DNA of 64,000 nucleotides from an uncultured Spirochaetaceae bacterium. GTDB lineage: Bacteria; Spirochaetota; Spirochaetia; Sphaerochaetales; Sphaerochaetaceae. The stretch spans positions 738 to 64,737 of the forward strand of contig CALXYM010000011.1 of assembly GCA_944392965.1 (NCBI GenBank), in the 5' to 3' direction. Numbering within the stretch: the first letter of the stretch is position 1; every line of letters starts with the position of its first letter. Shown piece after piece: positions 52,359 to 62,314 of the stretch. The position numbers and the translations under genes are program-made. Under the pieces are notes generated by a model. The model did no database searches. It saw only the letters and a program-made list of their open reading frames with translations, and was not told where the DNA came from.

Positions 52359-53867
52359 TTAGATGCTTCTGCCCGGATACTGTGGTTCTGATGTGTAGTT
52401 TATGCCGAGCTTTCTCATCCCGTCGATGTCTCCAGCAGATGGGATGTGTGTGAAATGGACATCCGTATCCCTGAGTTCTTTCAGAGCCTCAGAGGCCATC
52501 TTCGCATTCTCATCATATATTCCGGAAATTGAAAGCGCTATGAGTATCTCATCGACATTCAGTGACACACCTTTACTTGAAAGGATGTCCCTTTTGGTAT
52601 GTGTGACGGCTGAAATTACCTCTGAATGGATCAGAGCGATGTCCTTGTCGATTCCGATGAGGGTTTTGCATGCATTCAGTATGAGTGCTGCCCCCGCATG
52701 CATTAGGTTTGAATTGTGCGCGGTTATTATTCTTCCGTCAGAGAGCTCAATGGCTGCGGCACATACCGTTCCATCATCCTTTCCTTTATGTTCTGCAATG
52801 GCTTTTGCAAGTGCTTCCCTCGCAGGTGTGACCGTAGGCCGGTCCTCCTCTTTCAGGTGAGCCTTGTCGAGCAGGGCAAGAGCTCTTGTATAGACCTCTT
52901 TAGAACATATCCCCTGTAGATAGTCCGTCTTCGTATGGAATACGCGTCTGATTATCTCCATGTTGGCTGCATGGCGACAGACATCATCATCGATTATTCC
53001 AAAACCACAGCGGTTTACACCCATGTCCGTGGGGCTTTTGTAGATGCACTCTTCTCCCGTGATCTTCTCCAGGATCCTTTTCAGGAGGGGATATGCTTCA
53101 AGGTCCCTTGAATAGTTAACAGTGACCTCTGAGTATGCGTCATGGTGGAAGTGGTCGATCAGGTTCACATCTCCGATATCCACGGTGGCCGCCTCATATG
53201 CTATGTTTACAGGATGGTTGAGACTGAGATTCCAGATAGGGAAGGTCTCAAGTTTCGCATAGTTTGGCTTCTGTCCCATCTTCGCCTCATGATACATCTG
53301 GTTGAGGCAGGTGGCGAGCTTTCCTGATCCCGGTCCTGGAGCTGTGACAACCACCACAGGTGCATCGACAGGAACGTAGGGATTCTTCCCGTATCCCTCT
53401 TCAGATACAACGACATCGATGTCCGTCGGGTAGCCTGGGGTCGCCGTATGCTCATATACCTTGATTCCTCTCTGCTCAAGTTTTCTCTTGAACTGTACTG
53501 CTGCAACCTGGTTCTCAAACCTTGTGATGACGACCTTGTCACATTTCAGTCCATAGGTCTCAAAATCATGGATCATCTTCAGTACGTCGGCATCATAGCT
53601 TATTCCGAAGTCTCCTCTGATCTTCCTCTGTTCAATGTCCCCCGCATATATGCAGATTATGATATCAAGATGTTCTTTCAGTTCCTTGAATACCTTCATC
53701 TTGTTGTTTTCATCGAAGCCGGGTAGGACACGGGCGGCATGCTTGTCATGCAGGAGTTTTCCCCCGCATTCAATATAAAGACGTCCTGAAGAGGCTTTTA
53801 CCCTCTCCAGGATGTATTTCGTCTGTTCCTTGATGTATTTCTCGCTGTCAAAGCCTATTTTACGCAT
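52359..53867 (-). CDS. DUF1846 (UPF0371) family protein
   Basis: The 502-aa ORF begins MRKIGFDSEKYIKEQTKYILERV...GGKLLHDKHAARVLPGF, characteristic of UPF0371 proteins. Confidence 0.8.
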   Translation of the reverse strand: MRKIGFDSEKYIKEQTKYILERVKASSGRLYIECGGKLLHDKHAARVLPGFDENNKMKVFKELKEHLDIIICIYAGDIEQRKIRGDFGISYDADVLKMIHDFETYGLKCDKVVITRFENQVAAVQFKRKLEQRGIKVYEHTATPGYPTDIDVVVSEEGYGKNPYVPVDAPVVVVTAPGPGSGKLATCLNQMYHEAKMGQKPNYAKLETFPIWNLSLNHPVNIAYEAATVDIGDVNLIDHFHHDAYSEVTVNYSRDLEAYPLLKRILEKITGEECIYKSPTDMGVNRCGFGIIDDDVCRHAANMEIIRRVFHTKTDYLQGICSKEVYTRALALLDKAHLKEEDRPTVTPAREALAKAIAEHKGKDDGTVCAAAIELSDGRIITAHNSNLMHAGAALILNACKTLIGIDKDIALIHSEVISAVTHTKRDILSSKGVSLNVDEILIALSISGIYDENAKMASEALKELRDTDVHFTHIPSAGDIDGMRKLGINYTSEPQYPGRSI

Positions 53868-55222
53868 TATACGTAGCCCTGTGCGATCATTGCACTTGAT
53901 ACCTTCATGAATCCAGCGATGTTTGCCCCGTCAATGAAGTTGTCCTTCTTTGAATAGGTTTCTGCTGCCTCGCTGATGTTCTTATAGATGTTGTTCATGA
54001 TCGCTCTCAGCTCTTCATCCACTTTTTCGGGCGTCCATCTGAGGCGCTGTGAGTTCTGGCTCATCTCAAGGCCTGAGACTGCGACTCCTCCTGCGTTTGC
54101 CGCCTTAGCCGGAGCAAGAAGCACACCCGATGATGTAAGGATCTCCTCACTTTCGATTGAACATGGCATGTTCGCACCTTCTCCGACAAGTTTGATTCCG
54201 TTTCTGACGAGGTTCAAGGCATCGTCCTTTAATATCTCATTCTGTGTCGCACATGGGAATGCGTAATCGGCCTTGATGTTCCATATCGGGTTAGGCTCGC
54301 TCGGATTTCTTTCGATGTAAGGAACTCCGTATTTTTCCGCATATTCCTTAATTCTTCCTCTTTTCACGTTCTTCAACGTCTTCACGAAATTGAGCTTCTC
54401 CGTATCAATTCCCGCCTCATCTATGATCATTCCAGAGGAATCGGAAAGTGTTATTACCTTTCCTCCAAGAGCATTGATCTTCTCAACGGTGTACTGTGCT
54501 ACGTTACCACTGCCTGATACGAGACAGGTTGCACCTTCAAAACCCATTTTCTTGTCTCTCAGGATTGCATCGGAAAGATAAACAAGTCCGTAGCCTGTCG
54601 CCTCTGGCCTTATATAGGAGCCGCCATATTCTATACCCTTTCCTGTAAGAACTCCTGTGAACTGGTTCCTGATCTTCTTATACTGACCGAAAAGGTATCC
54701 GATCTCCCTTCCTCCGACACCGATATCTCCTGCGGGAACATCCGTGTCTGGTCCTATATGGCGGCAGAGCTCTGTCATGAAGGACTGACAGAAGCGCATC
54801 ACCTCATTTTCACTTTTTCCTTTTGGGTTGAAATCCGAACCACCTTTTCCTCCTCCCATTGGAAGTCCTGTGAGGCTGTTCTTGAACACCTGTTCGAAGG
54901 CGAGGAATTTCATTATCGATAGATTTACCGATGGGTGAAACCTCAAACCTCCCTTATACGGTCCGATCGCGGATGACATCTGTACTCTGAAGCCCCTGTT
55001 GACCTGGCACTTACCCTCATCATCGACCCATGGAACGCGGAACATGACGACCCTTTCTGGCTCGACCATTCTCTCAAGAACCTTGTGATAGGTTACCTCT
55101 GGAAGCTCATCAATGATCTTGTCAATGGAAAGCAGGAATGTGTATACCGCCTGCTGAAACTCCCTTTCCCCCGGGTCCCTTGTCAGGACCTGCTGGTAAA
55201 CCTGTTCTGTCTGACTGTGCAT
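53867..55222 (-). CDS. gdhA: NADP-specific glutamate dehydrogenase
   Basis: KGGLRFHPSVNLSIMKFLAFEQVFKNSLTGLPMGGGKGGSDF motif. The start is set at the ATG at 55222, preceded by GAGGAGG (the track ORF starts at 55237). Confidence 0.9.
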   Translation of the reverse strand: MHSQTEQVYQQVLTRDPGEREFQQAVYTFLLSIDKIIDELPEVTYHKVLERMVEPERVVMFRVPWVDDEGKCQVNRGFRVQMSSAIGPYKGGLRFHPSVNLSIMKFLAFEQVFKNSLTGLPMGGGKGGSDFNPKGKSENEVMRFCQSFMTELCRHIGPDTDVPAGDIGVGGREIGYLFGQYKKIRNQFTGVLTGKGIEYGGSYIRPEATGYGLVYLSDAILRDKKMGFEGATCLVSGSGNVAQYTVEKINALGGKVITLSDSSGMIIDEAGIDTEKLNFVKTLKNVKRGRIKEYAEKYGVPYIERNPSEPNPIWNIKADYAFPCATQNEILKDDALNLVRNGIKLVGEGANMPCSIESEEILTSSGVLLAPAKAANAGGVAVSGLEMSQNSQRLRWTPEKVDEELRAIMNNIYKNISEAAETYSKKDNFIDGANIAGFMKVSSAMIAQGYV

Positions 55223-55454
55223 GGTTTCCCTCCTCAAAAAGAAAATATCGTTGGAATTATAAAATAAAGGAAGAAGTTTATTAAAGTAATGTAGCGTACA
55301 AAATATGAAAATAGGAGAATGCTTTTTAATTCTTTCTTAAAAAAATATGTACCAAGCTCCATCGGAATTTTAATAAGAATCAGGATCTCTTCTTGTGATT
55401 CCTATGTTGGAAGATAACTGTTTAATAGTGGTGAGATTTATAGATTTTTTCAGT

Positions 55455-55554
55455 TGATTTTCAGTTGATAATCAGGTGAGAAAAAAGCTATTTACTTGTA
55501 TCATAAAGAATATAATCGGTTGAAAAATTGAATTTGCAGTTGATTTTCAGTTGA
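55455..55554 (+). repeat. 100-bp direct repeat, copy A (upstream of the AlbA_2 gene)
   Basis: It matches 57131-57230 apart from one T/C substitution and one extra T. Each end carries a CAGTTGA(T)TTTCAGTTGA twin motif. Confidence 0.9.
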
Positions 55555-55604
55555 GAGATTTGTTTTTTTACTATTATAATTAGTTGGCTAAGGAGAGAAT
55601 CTTT

Positions 55605-57128
55605 ATGACTGCAGAAGCTAGGAGTAATGCGATTTCGGATATTATCGATTCCCTCAACAGAGAGGGTGTGGATATTGAGTTCAAAGAGGCTTTTGATACC
55701 TTGCCGAAGTCAATATGGCAAACTGTATCTGCTTTTGCAAATACTAGTGGAGGGATCATAATTCTTGGAATTAAGGAGGTTCGCAGGAGATTCTACATTA
55801 CAGGCATCTCTAATCCAGATAAAATGGAATCGGATTTCTGGAATACCATACGAAATCCTAATAAAATCAGTTCTCTTTCTCTTGATACTCGTGCTTTTGA
55901 GATTATAACGGTAGAAGATAAGTATCTTATACGTATTACAATTCCTCAAGCTGATTATTCAGAACTCCCAGTCTATTTAAATAATGACATGCGTCAGACT
56001 TATATCAGGAGAGGAGAAGGGGATTATCAGGTAAATCAAGAGGAATTAAAGGCCTTGATAAGAAACAGTAGTCAGAAAGGTGTGGATAGAAATCCTTTAA
56101 AGGAGCTTACGCTTGATGATTTGGACAGAGTGGCATTAAGCAGATTCAAATCAATCATTGAGGCCAGATACCCTGAGGGAGCATATGAGGATATGAAGAT
56201 GCAAGATTTCTTATTGCACTTGGGACTCCTTGATGATTCCGATAAGCAATGCATCTGCCCTTATTCGGGGACTCTTCTGCTGTTTGGGAAATATAATACT
56301 ATAAAGAGATATTTCGATTCCTATCAGATGGATTATTTTGATTTCAGAGGTTCATCTGAACGATGGAGTGACCGTATTGCGACGGACGATCTTGGCCCTG
56401 ATGAGATGAACGTGTTTAATTTTTACAATCTTGTGTATCAGAAATTGCTTATGACAACAAAGGATGGATTTAAGCTGGATGAGAACATGGTAAGAGTGAA
56501 TACGAATATGAGAGAGGTGATGAGAGAGGCCCTTGTAAATACCATTGTTCATGCAGATTATTCGATTCCAAATGCGAGCATAAGGATAGAGGTATATGAT
56601 ACATATTATCGATTTGAGAATCCGGGAAAGATGCTTATTCCCGTAGAGAAGTTCTTCAGAGGAGGTACGACAAAATCACGAAATGATGTCATGATGAGTG
56701 TTTTCCGCAGAATGGGACTGTCTGAACGTCAGGGGTATGGCGGGTATCAGATATTTAAGACGATACGGAATAATATGTTCAGAGTTCCTGAGATTAATAC
56801 GTCTCTTGAGAAAACGGTATTGACTATATGGCTTGTAGATCTTCCCGGTTCTTATCCCGGTTTATCTGATGTTGAAAAGGCTATTCTTTCTACCCTTACG
56901 CATTCATATTCTCTTTCAAAAGGGGAAATCGAAACGGTTCTGGATTCAAAATATTCCGAATATAGAATTAAGAAAGCATTAAAGAATTTAGTTGATAAGA
57001 AAGTGCTTATAACAACGGGAAAAGGTCGTGCTGTGAAGTACTCAATAAGCGTTACCACCGCAGAAGGTTTGGGACAGTTTAGACTGGTTATGGACAATCT
57101 TACAGAATTGTTTGCTATGATGAAATAG
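55605..57128 (+). CDS. AlbA_2 (Schlafen-like) + HATPase_c_4 + C-terminal wHTH protein ('RecG-like putative DNA-binding/ATP-binding protein')
   Basis: N-terminal GVDIEFKEAFDTLPKSIWQTVSAFANTSGGIIILGI is an AlbA_2 signature. The middle region REALVNTIVHADYS...IRIEVY...FENPG resembles HATPase_c_4. The start is at the ATG at 55605, 8 nt after AAGGAG. A TTGAGA-18-TATAAT promoter lies at 55551-55580. Confidence 0.75.
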   Translation: MTAEARSNAISDIIDSLNREGVDIEFKEAFDTLPKSIWQTVSAFANTSGGIIILGIKEVRRRFYITGISNPDKMESDFWNTIRNPNKISSLSLDTRAFEIITVEDKYLIRITIPQADYSELPVYLNNDMRQTYIRRGEGDYQVNQEELKALIRNSSQKGVDRNPLKELTLDDLDRVALSRFKSIIEARYPEGAYEDMKMQDFLLHLGLLDDSDKQCICPYSGTLLLFGKYNTIKRYFDSYQMDYFDFRGSSERWSDRIATDDLGPDEMNVFNFYNLVYQKLLMTTKDGFKLDENMVRVNTNMREVMREALVNTIVHADYSIPNASIRIEVYDTYYRFENPGKMLIPVEKFFRGGTTKSRNDVMMSVFRRMGLSERQGYGGYQIFKTIRNNMFRVPEINTSLEKTVLTIWLVDLPGSYPGLSDVEKAILSTLTHSYSLSKGEIETVLDSKYSEYRIKKALKNLVDKKVLITTGKGRAVKYSISVTTAEGLGQFRLVMDNLTELFAMMK

Positions 57129-57130
57129 GA

Positions 57131-57230
57131 TGATTTTCAGTTGATAATCAGGTGAGAAAAAAGCTATTTACTTGTACCATAAAGAATATAATCGGTTGAA
57201 AAATTGAATTTGCAGTTGATTTTTCAGTTG
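57131..57230 (+). repeat. 100-bp direct repeat, copy B (begins 3 nt after the AlbA_2 gene stop)
   Basis: See copy A. The period between copies is 1676 bp. Confidence 0.9.
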
Positions 57231-57374
57231 GAATCAGAATTTATTCCTTTTTACATTGTTTCTTTCTCGCCCTTTTCTTGACCGCCTGAAATTAATAGTG
57301 TTTTTTGCTATAATTAATAAAGACTTCACACTCGTGTCATCATTAATTAACGACAGGGAGGTATTTTCGTCAGG

Positions 57375-58061
57375 ATGAAGGGCTTTAGGTTCATATACTT
57401 CGATGCGGGGCTTACCATACTGGGAAACAATCATGTCACGCTGTTTAAGGCAGCACTGAATGATCTTGGTTATGACAGGTCTTACAAGGAGGTTGAAAAG
57501 GCTTATCATCTGGCAAATAAGGAGGCTATGCGGAGAAATCTTTTCCACGCATCTGATGGCGGGGATGAGTTTGCTGGGATATTCCTCTCTTTTCTTTCCC
57601 TGCCTGTCAGTACAGAAGTTTTTTCTGATGCCTACAAGAAGTATTCAGGCTCTTTTAAATGGAGTCCCTTTCCGTTTACTAAGGATGTTCTTTTGCTCCT
57701 TAAAAGAAAAGGGTACGGTTTAGGAGTGCTTTCGAACTGGGATTCCTCTTTACGGAATATCTTAACAGAGGGTGGTATCTATGATCTCTTTGATACTGTG
57801 ATAATCTCATGTGAGGTTGGGTTTGAAAAGCCTGATGTGAGAATATTCGAGAAGGCTCTGGAATCTTCCCGGGTAGAGGGGGAAGAATGTCTTTTCGTCG
57901 GAGATAATTATTATGATGATATAGTGGGTGCGGAGAAAGCGGGAATAAGGACGATTCTCATAAATCCTGATCTGAAATCAGGAATAGAGGAACTCGATTA
58001 CCCATACATCATAAGTTCAATTGAAGAACTTCCCGCATTTTTATTAGGAGATATGATATGA
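57375..58061 (+). CDS. HAD-superfamily hydrolase (subfamily IA-like)
   Basis: Motif I variant YFDAGLT, motif III/IV region ...LFVGDNYYDDIVGAEKAG. The protein is 228 aa. Confidence 0.75.
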   Translation: MKGFRFIYFDAGLTILGNNHVTLFKAALNDLGYDRSYKEVEKAYHLANKEAMRRNLFHASDGGDEFAGIFLSFLSLPVSTEVFSDAYKKYSGSFKWSPFPFTKDVLLLLKRKGYGLGVLSNWDSSLRNILTEGGIYDLFDTVIISCEVGFEKPDVRIFEKALESSRVEGEECLFVGDNYYDDIVGAEKAGIRTILINPDLKSGIEELDYPYIISSIEELPAFLLGDMI

Positions 58062-59569
58062 GGAAGTTTTTGCTTCTTGTTCTTGTATTACTCATGCTCA
58101 TCTCTTGCTCAAGGGATGGGGGCACATCCGGTGGGAGTGCCGTTGCCGTTGAAAAGCCAAGCATCGTACGTCTGACGATGCCTTCCGAGCCGGACAGTCT
58201 TGATCCGTACATCTCAGATGCAAGTGACACGGAGGCTGTAATGCATAACGTCTATGAGGGGCTTGTCCTCTTCGACGAGGAAGGCAGGATCGTTCCTGGC
58301 CTTGCCGAGAGCTGGCAGATAAGCGAGGATGGCCTTGTCTATACGTTCCATCTCAGGGATGATGTGACCTTCCATAACGGTGATCATTTCGATTCATCAG
58401 ATGCGGCATATTCCTTCTCCCTGCTCTCTGGTCTCAGCACAGGAACACCTCTTTCCTCCCGCTTTGGTACGGTTACGAAGATAGAGACACCCGATGAATA
58501 TACCCTTGTCCTTTATTTAAGTGAACCTAATGCGGCGTTCCTTGAAGGCACGAGGATTGGAATCATTCCCGATGGCTATACGGATTCTGCAAGGAATCCT
58601 GTTGGGACTGGACCATATAAATTCGTTGAGTATGTTCCCTCCCAGCGTATCGTCCTGGAAAGGAATGATGAGTATTATGATGAAGAGAGAAAAGCAAGTA
58701 TAGAGAGGGCAGAGTTCTATATCATGAGCGATGAGAGTGCGATCGTCACGGCCCTTCAATCCGGGCAGCTGGATATGGCACAGGTCACGGGAGCGGATGC
58801 GGAGATATTGAGCAGGAATTTCACTATTTATTCCAATCCGCAGAACATGGTATGTCTCTTTGCTGTTAATAATGCAATTGAGCCTTTTAATAATATAAAA
58901 GTGAGGCAAGCTCTGAACTACGCCATAAACAAGGATGATATAATAAACGGGGCATTCGATGGGTATGCCACACGCCTTGATTCTGCCTTTTCTCCTGTAA
59001 TGGCATTCTATTACAACCCGGATGTTGAGAATTATTATTCCTATGATCCTGAGAAGGCGCAGGCTTTTCTTGCAGAGGCTGGGTATAAAGATGGTTTCAG
59101 CTTTACAGTTACCGTTCCCTCAAATTACTCAGCACACGTCAGTACCGCCCAGATCATAGCCGAGGCTCTGAAGAAGGTCGGCATTGACATGAGAATTCAG
59201 CTTGTGGAGTGGGGTACATGGCTTGAGGATGTCTATACAAACGGGGATTATGAAGCGACCGTCATCGGACTTACAGGGAAACTTGATCCATATGAGATAC
59301 TTGTCCGCTATGTATCGAATTACAGGAGAAACTTCTTCCACTACGAATCTGCTGAATATGATGACCTTATTGCCAGGGCTATGGTTGAAAGTGATGAGAA
59401 TGTGCGAGCAGATCTGTATAAAGAGGCAGAGATGGTTTTAACGGAGGATGCTGCTGCTGTCTGGACCTGTGATCCTAATCTAGTGATCGCCTCAAGACCT
59501 GATCTGAAAGGATATAAGGCATATCCGCTGAGTTTTACGGATCTGAGTTCACTCTATTATGAGGAATAG
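58058..59569 (+). CDS. ABC substrate-binding lipoprotein, family 5 (peptide/nickel type)
   Basis: Lipobox LLMLISCS in a 503-aa SBP_bac_5-like ORF (LDPYISDASDTEAVMHNVYEGLV). Confidence 0.85.
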   Translation: MRKFLLLVLVLLMLISCSRDGGTSGGSAVAVEKPSIVRLTMPSEPDSLDPYISDASDTEAVMHNVYEGLVLFDEEGRIVPGLAESWQISEDGLVYTFHLRDDVTFHNGDHFDSSDAAYSFSLLSGLSTGTPLSSRFGTVTKIETPDEYTLVLYLSEPNAAFLEGTRIGIIPDGYTDSARNPVGTGPYKFVEYVPSQRIVLERNDEYYDEERKASIERAEFYIMSDESAIVTALQSGQLDMAQVTGADAEILSRNFTIYSNPQNMVCLFAVNNAIEPFNNIKVRQALNYAINKDDIINGAFDGYATRLDSAFSPVMAFYYNPDVENYYSYDPEKAQAFLAEAGYKDGFSFTVTVPSNYSAHVSTAQIIAEALKKVGIDMRIQLVEWGTWLEDVYTNGDYEATVIGLTGKLDPYEILVRYVSNYRRNFFHYESAEYDDLIARAMVESDENVRADLYKEAEMVLTEDAAAVWTCDPNLVIASRPDLKGYKAYPLSFTDLSSLYYEE

Positions 59570-59572
59570 AAG

Positions 59573-60514
59573 TTGCGATATTATCTGAGAAAACTCGTAG
59601 GCCTTGTCATAACGCTTTTTCTGGTCTCTTTAGTGACGTTCTTCGTCTTTCAGATCCTTCCTGGGGATCCTGCCCTTATAATCCTCGGCATTGATGCCGA
59701 TCCTTATCAGGTAGAGGCTCTGAGAGCTTCCTTAGGGCTCGGCCGTCCTCTTTCCATGCGTTATCTTTCATGGCTGACGGGACTTTTCTCTGGAGACCTG
59801 GGTGTTTCCATAAGGTATAACCAGAGTGTATCTTCTCTGATTAAAGAGGGGTTGAAAGTGACCTCTCTTCTTGCACTTTACAGCATGGTGCTGACGGTTC
59901 TCATTGCCCTTCCTGTTGGCATCTGGCTTGCAGTGCATAGCAGGAAGAGATATTCGATTCCCGTATCCGTGCTTTCACAGATATCGCTCTCAGTTCCTTC
60001 TTTCTGCATGGGAATATTCCTTATAAGCATATTCTCCGTCCGTCTTGGTTGGCTTCCTTCAATAGGATATACCCCCCTAAGCGAGGGCTTACTTGCATCT
60101 TTCAAATCCCTTCTGCTTCCATCCCTTTCTGTAGCCATCGGATCGAGTGCTGTTCTCATACGGTATATCAAGGTCTCTGTTCAGAGAGAGGAGGGGAAGG
60201 ATTATGTACGCACTGCACGTAGCAAGGGACTTACCAGAGGAAGGATAATGTATACCCACGTGCTGAAGAATTCCCTGATTCCTGTCATTACGACCCTCGG
60301 CCTTCTGACTGCGGACATCCTTGGAGGAAGTATAATAATAGAGAACATCTTCTCCCTTCCTGGGATTGGTAGGCTTATAACGGTATCAATCGCAAGCAGG
60401 GACCTTCCCCTCATCCAGGGCCTGGTTCTTTATCTTGCGTCCATTGTCGTGGTATGTAATTTCATAGTCGATCTGATCTACTCACTCGTAGATCCCCGAA
60501 TAAGGCTGAGGTAG
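59573..60514 (+). CDS. ABC permease (DppB/OppB-like)
   Basis: TTG start. N-terminal RYYLRKLVGLVITLFLVSLVTFFVFQILPGDPA is typical of OppB/DppB. Confidence 0.85.
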   Translation: MRYYLRKLVGLVITLFLVSLVTFFVFQILPGDPALIILGIDADPYQVEALRASLGLGRPLSMRYLSWLTGLFSGDLGVSIRYNQSVSSLIKEGLKVTSLLALYSMVLTVLIALPVGIWLAVHSRKRYSIPVSVLSQISLSVPSFCMGIFLISIFSVRLGWLPSIGYTPLSEGLLASFKSLLLPSLSVAIGSSAVLIRYIKVSVQREEGKDYVRTARSKGLTRGRIMYTHVLKNSLIPVITTLGLLTADILGGSIIIENIFSLPGIGRLITVSIASRDLPLIQGLVLYLASIVVVCNFIVDLIYSLVDPRIRLR

Positions 60515-60518
60515 CGAT

Positions 60519-61331
60519 ATGGGAAGATATTTCAAGAACCCGAGCTTTCTTATCGGCTTTATAATTGTGTCGCTGATGTTCATGGTGCTCTTAATTTCCT
60601 TCTTCTATACTCCGTATGATGTCACAGCAATGGATTTCTCTATGAGGCTTTCCCCTCCTTCTCATGAGCATCTGCTCGGTACGGATCAGTTCGGCAGGGA
60701 TATCCTCAGCCGTCTTATGAAGGGAATAGAGGTCTCCTTTCTCATCGGTATCACTGCCGTGATCTCCGGGCTTTTCTTCGGTCTTGTCATCGGTTCTCTC
60801 TCCGGGTACTTCGGAGGCCATCTTGATGATGCCATCATGAAAGTCATCGATACGCTCATGGCATTCCCTGGTGTTCTTCTTGCCATGATGCTCATCGCGG
60901 TGTTCGGTAATGGTCTTACAAATACCATTCTTGCCCTCTCCATAATGGCTATCCCCCGGTTTGCCCGTATCACACGCAGTGGTTATATGGAATACAGGGA
61001 TTCCGACTTCGTCCGTGCAGAGAGGATCAGGGGTGCAGGAAGCGTGAGGATCATGTATCTCCATATACTTCCAAACATCCTCAGTGAGCTCGTTGCTACC
61101 TCTTCTCTCTCGTTTGCATCTGCTATAATGTCGGAGGCGGGGCTCAGCTATCTTGGTCTTGGAATGCAACCGCCAGCTCCGAGTCTTGGAATAATGCTCA
61201 GTGAGGCTCAAGATTATATGCTGCGCTCCCCATGGTACGTGCTTATTCCAACGATTACAATCGCTCTTTTGGTAATCGCGTTCAACCTGATCGGAGATGG
61301 GGTACAGGAAGTGAATGGAGGTGAGAGATGA
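60519..61331 (+). CDS. ABC permease (DppC/OppC-like)
   Basis: Polytopic ORF containing HLLGTDQFGRDILSRL, typical of OppC/DppC. Confidence 0.85.
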   Translation: MGRYFKNPSFLIGFIIVSLMFMVLLISFFYTPYDVTAMDFSMRLSPPSHEHLLGTDQFGRDILSRLMKGIEVSFLIGITAVISGLFFGLVIGSLSGYFGGHLDDAIMKVIDTLMAFPGVLLAMMLIAVFGNGLTNTILALSIMAIPRFARITRSGYMEYRDSDFVRAERIRGAGSVRIMYLHILPNILSELVATSSLSFASAIMSEAGLSYLGLGMQPPAPSLGIMLSEAQDYMLRSPWYVLIPTITIALLVIAFNLIGDGVQEVNGGER

Positions 61332-62314
61332 GCCTTGTTGAACTGAAAGATTTTTCCCTCTCTTTTTCCGAAAAAGGGAGGCTTCTTGAGGCCGTTAATT
61401 CAATCTCCTTATCCATTGAGCAGTCCGAGATGGTGGCACTGGTCGGGGAATCCGGGTGCGGAAAGAGCGCAACAGCTCTCTCCCTTATCGGACTTGAGAA
61501 TGAATCGGCTGTTTTCTCCGGTCATGTATATTTTGAAGATGTGGACCTGCTTACGTTCTCAGAAAAGGAGTGGGAGAAGATAAGGGGAAACCGCATTTCC
61601 ATGATTTTCCAGGAACCTATGACAGCTTTGAATCCCCTTTTGAAGGTCGGGCCACAGATTGCAGAGAATCTTTCGGTACATCATCAGAATGTAAGAAGGG
61701 CTGTAATCAGGGACAAGGTCCTGGAAATATTAAAGAGCGTAGGACTTTCCGATGTGGAGAGGATTTACAGAAGCTATCCTCATCAGCTCTCAGGAGGACA
61801 GAGGCAACGCATCATGATAGCAATGGCTCTAATCAACAATCCTTCTCTCTTGATAGCGGATGAGCCGACGACCGCACTTGATGTTACCATTCAAGCAGAG
61901 ATCATTGATCTGATAAAGAGGATGAACAGGGAAAAGGGGACTGCGGTCCTCCTGATTTCCCATAATCTCTCTCTTGTGAAAGGACTTACCCGTAGAGCTT
62001 ATATAATGTATTCGGGATCAATCGTTGAAAGTGGGCATACGGAGGAGATATTAAATAATCCGATTCATCCCTATACTAGAGGACTTCTAGCTTCCGTGCC
62101 CAGCATAAAGAGCAGGGGAAGAAGGCTTTATTCAATCCCCGGCTATGTTCCATCCTTGGAGGAAAGGAGCAATGTTGGCTGTCCATTCGCCTCCCGCTGT
62201 TCCATTAAAAGCGAGAAGTGCATGAAAGAAAGACCTAAGATGTCGGATCTTGGAGGACATGGTTATTCCTGTTTTTTCTCTCCTGAAGAGATTGAAAGGA
62301 GGATGAATGGATAG
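61328..62314 (+). CDS. ABC ATP-binding protein (OppD/DppD-like)
   Basis: Walker A GESGCGKS, signature LSGGQRQR, and a C-terminal oligopeptide-type extension (HPYTRGLL). Confidence 0.9.
   Translation: MSLVELKDFSLSFSEKGRLLEAVNSISLSIEQSEMVALVGESGCGKSATALSLIGLENESAVFSGHVYFEDVDLLTFSEKEWEKIRGNRISMIFQEPMTALNPLLKVGPQIAENLSVHHQNVRRAVIRDKVLEILKSVGLSDVERIYRSYPHQLSGGQRQRIMIAMALINNPSLLIADEPTTALDVTIQAEIIDLIKRMNREKGTAVLLISHNLSLVKGLTRRAYIMYSGSIVESGHTEEILNNPIHPYTRGLLASVPSIKSRGRRLYSIPGYVPSLEERSNVGCPFASRCSIKSEKCMKERPKMSDLGGHGYSCFFSPEEIERRMNG

Noticed and set aside
55441-57240. Repeated CAGTTGATTTTCAGTTGA units, considered as a mini CRISPR array
   Set aside because: There are only two 100-bp copies, separated by a 1.5-kb protein gene. 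There is no repeat-spacer periodicity and no cas genes. They are reported instead as flanking direct repeats.
57234-57548. 104-aa minus-strand ORF between repeat copy B and the HAD gene
   Set aside because: It overlaps the HAD gene start and its promoter region. It has no RBS and no recognisable domain, so it is probably spurious.
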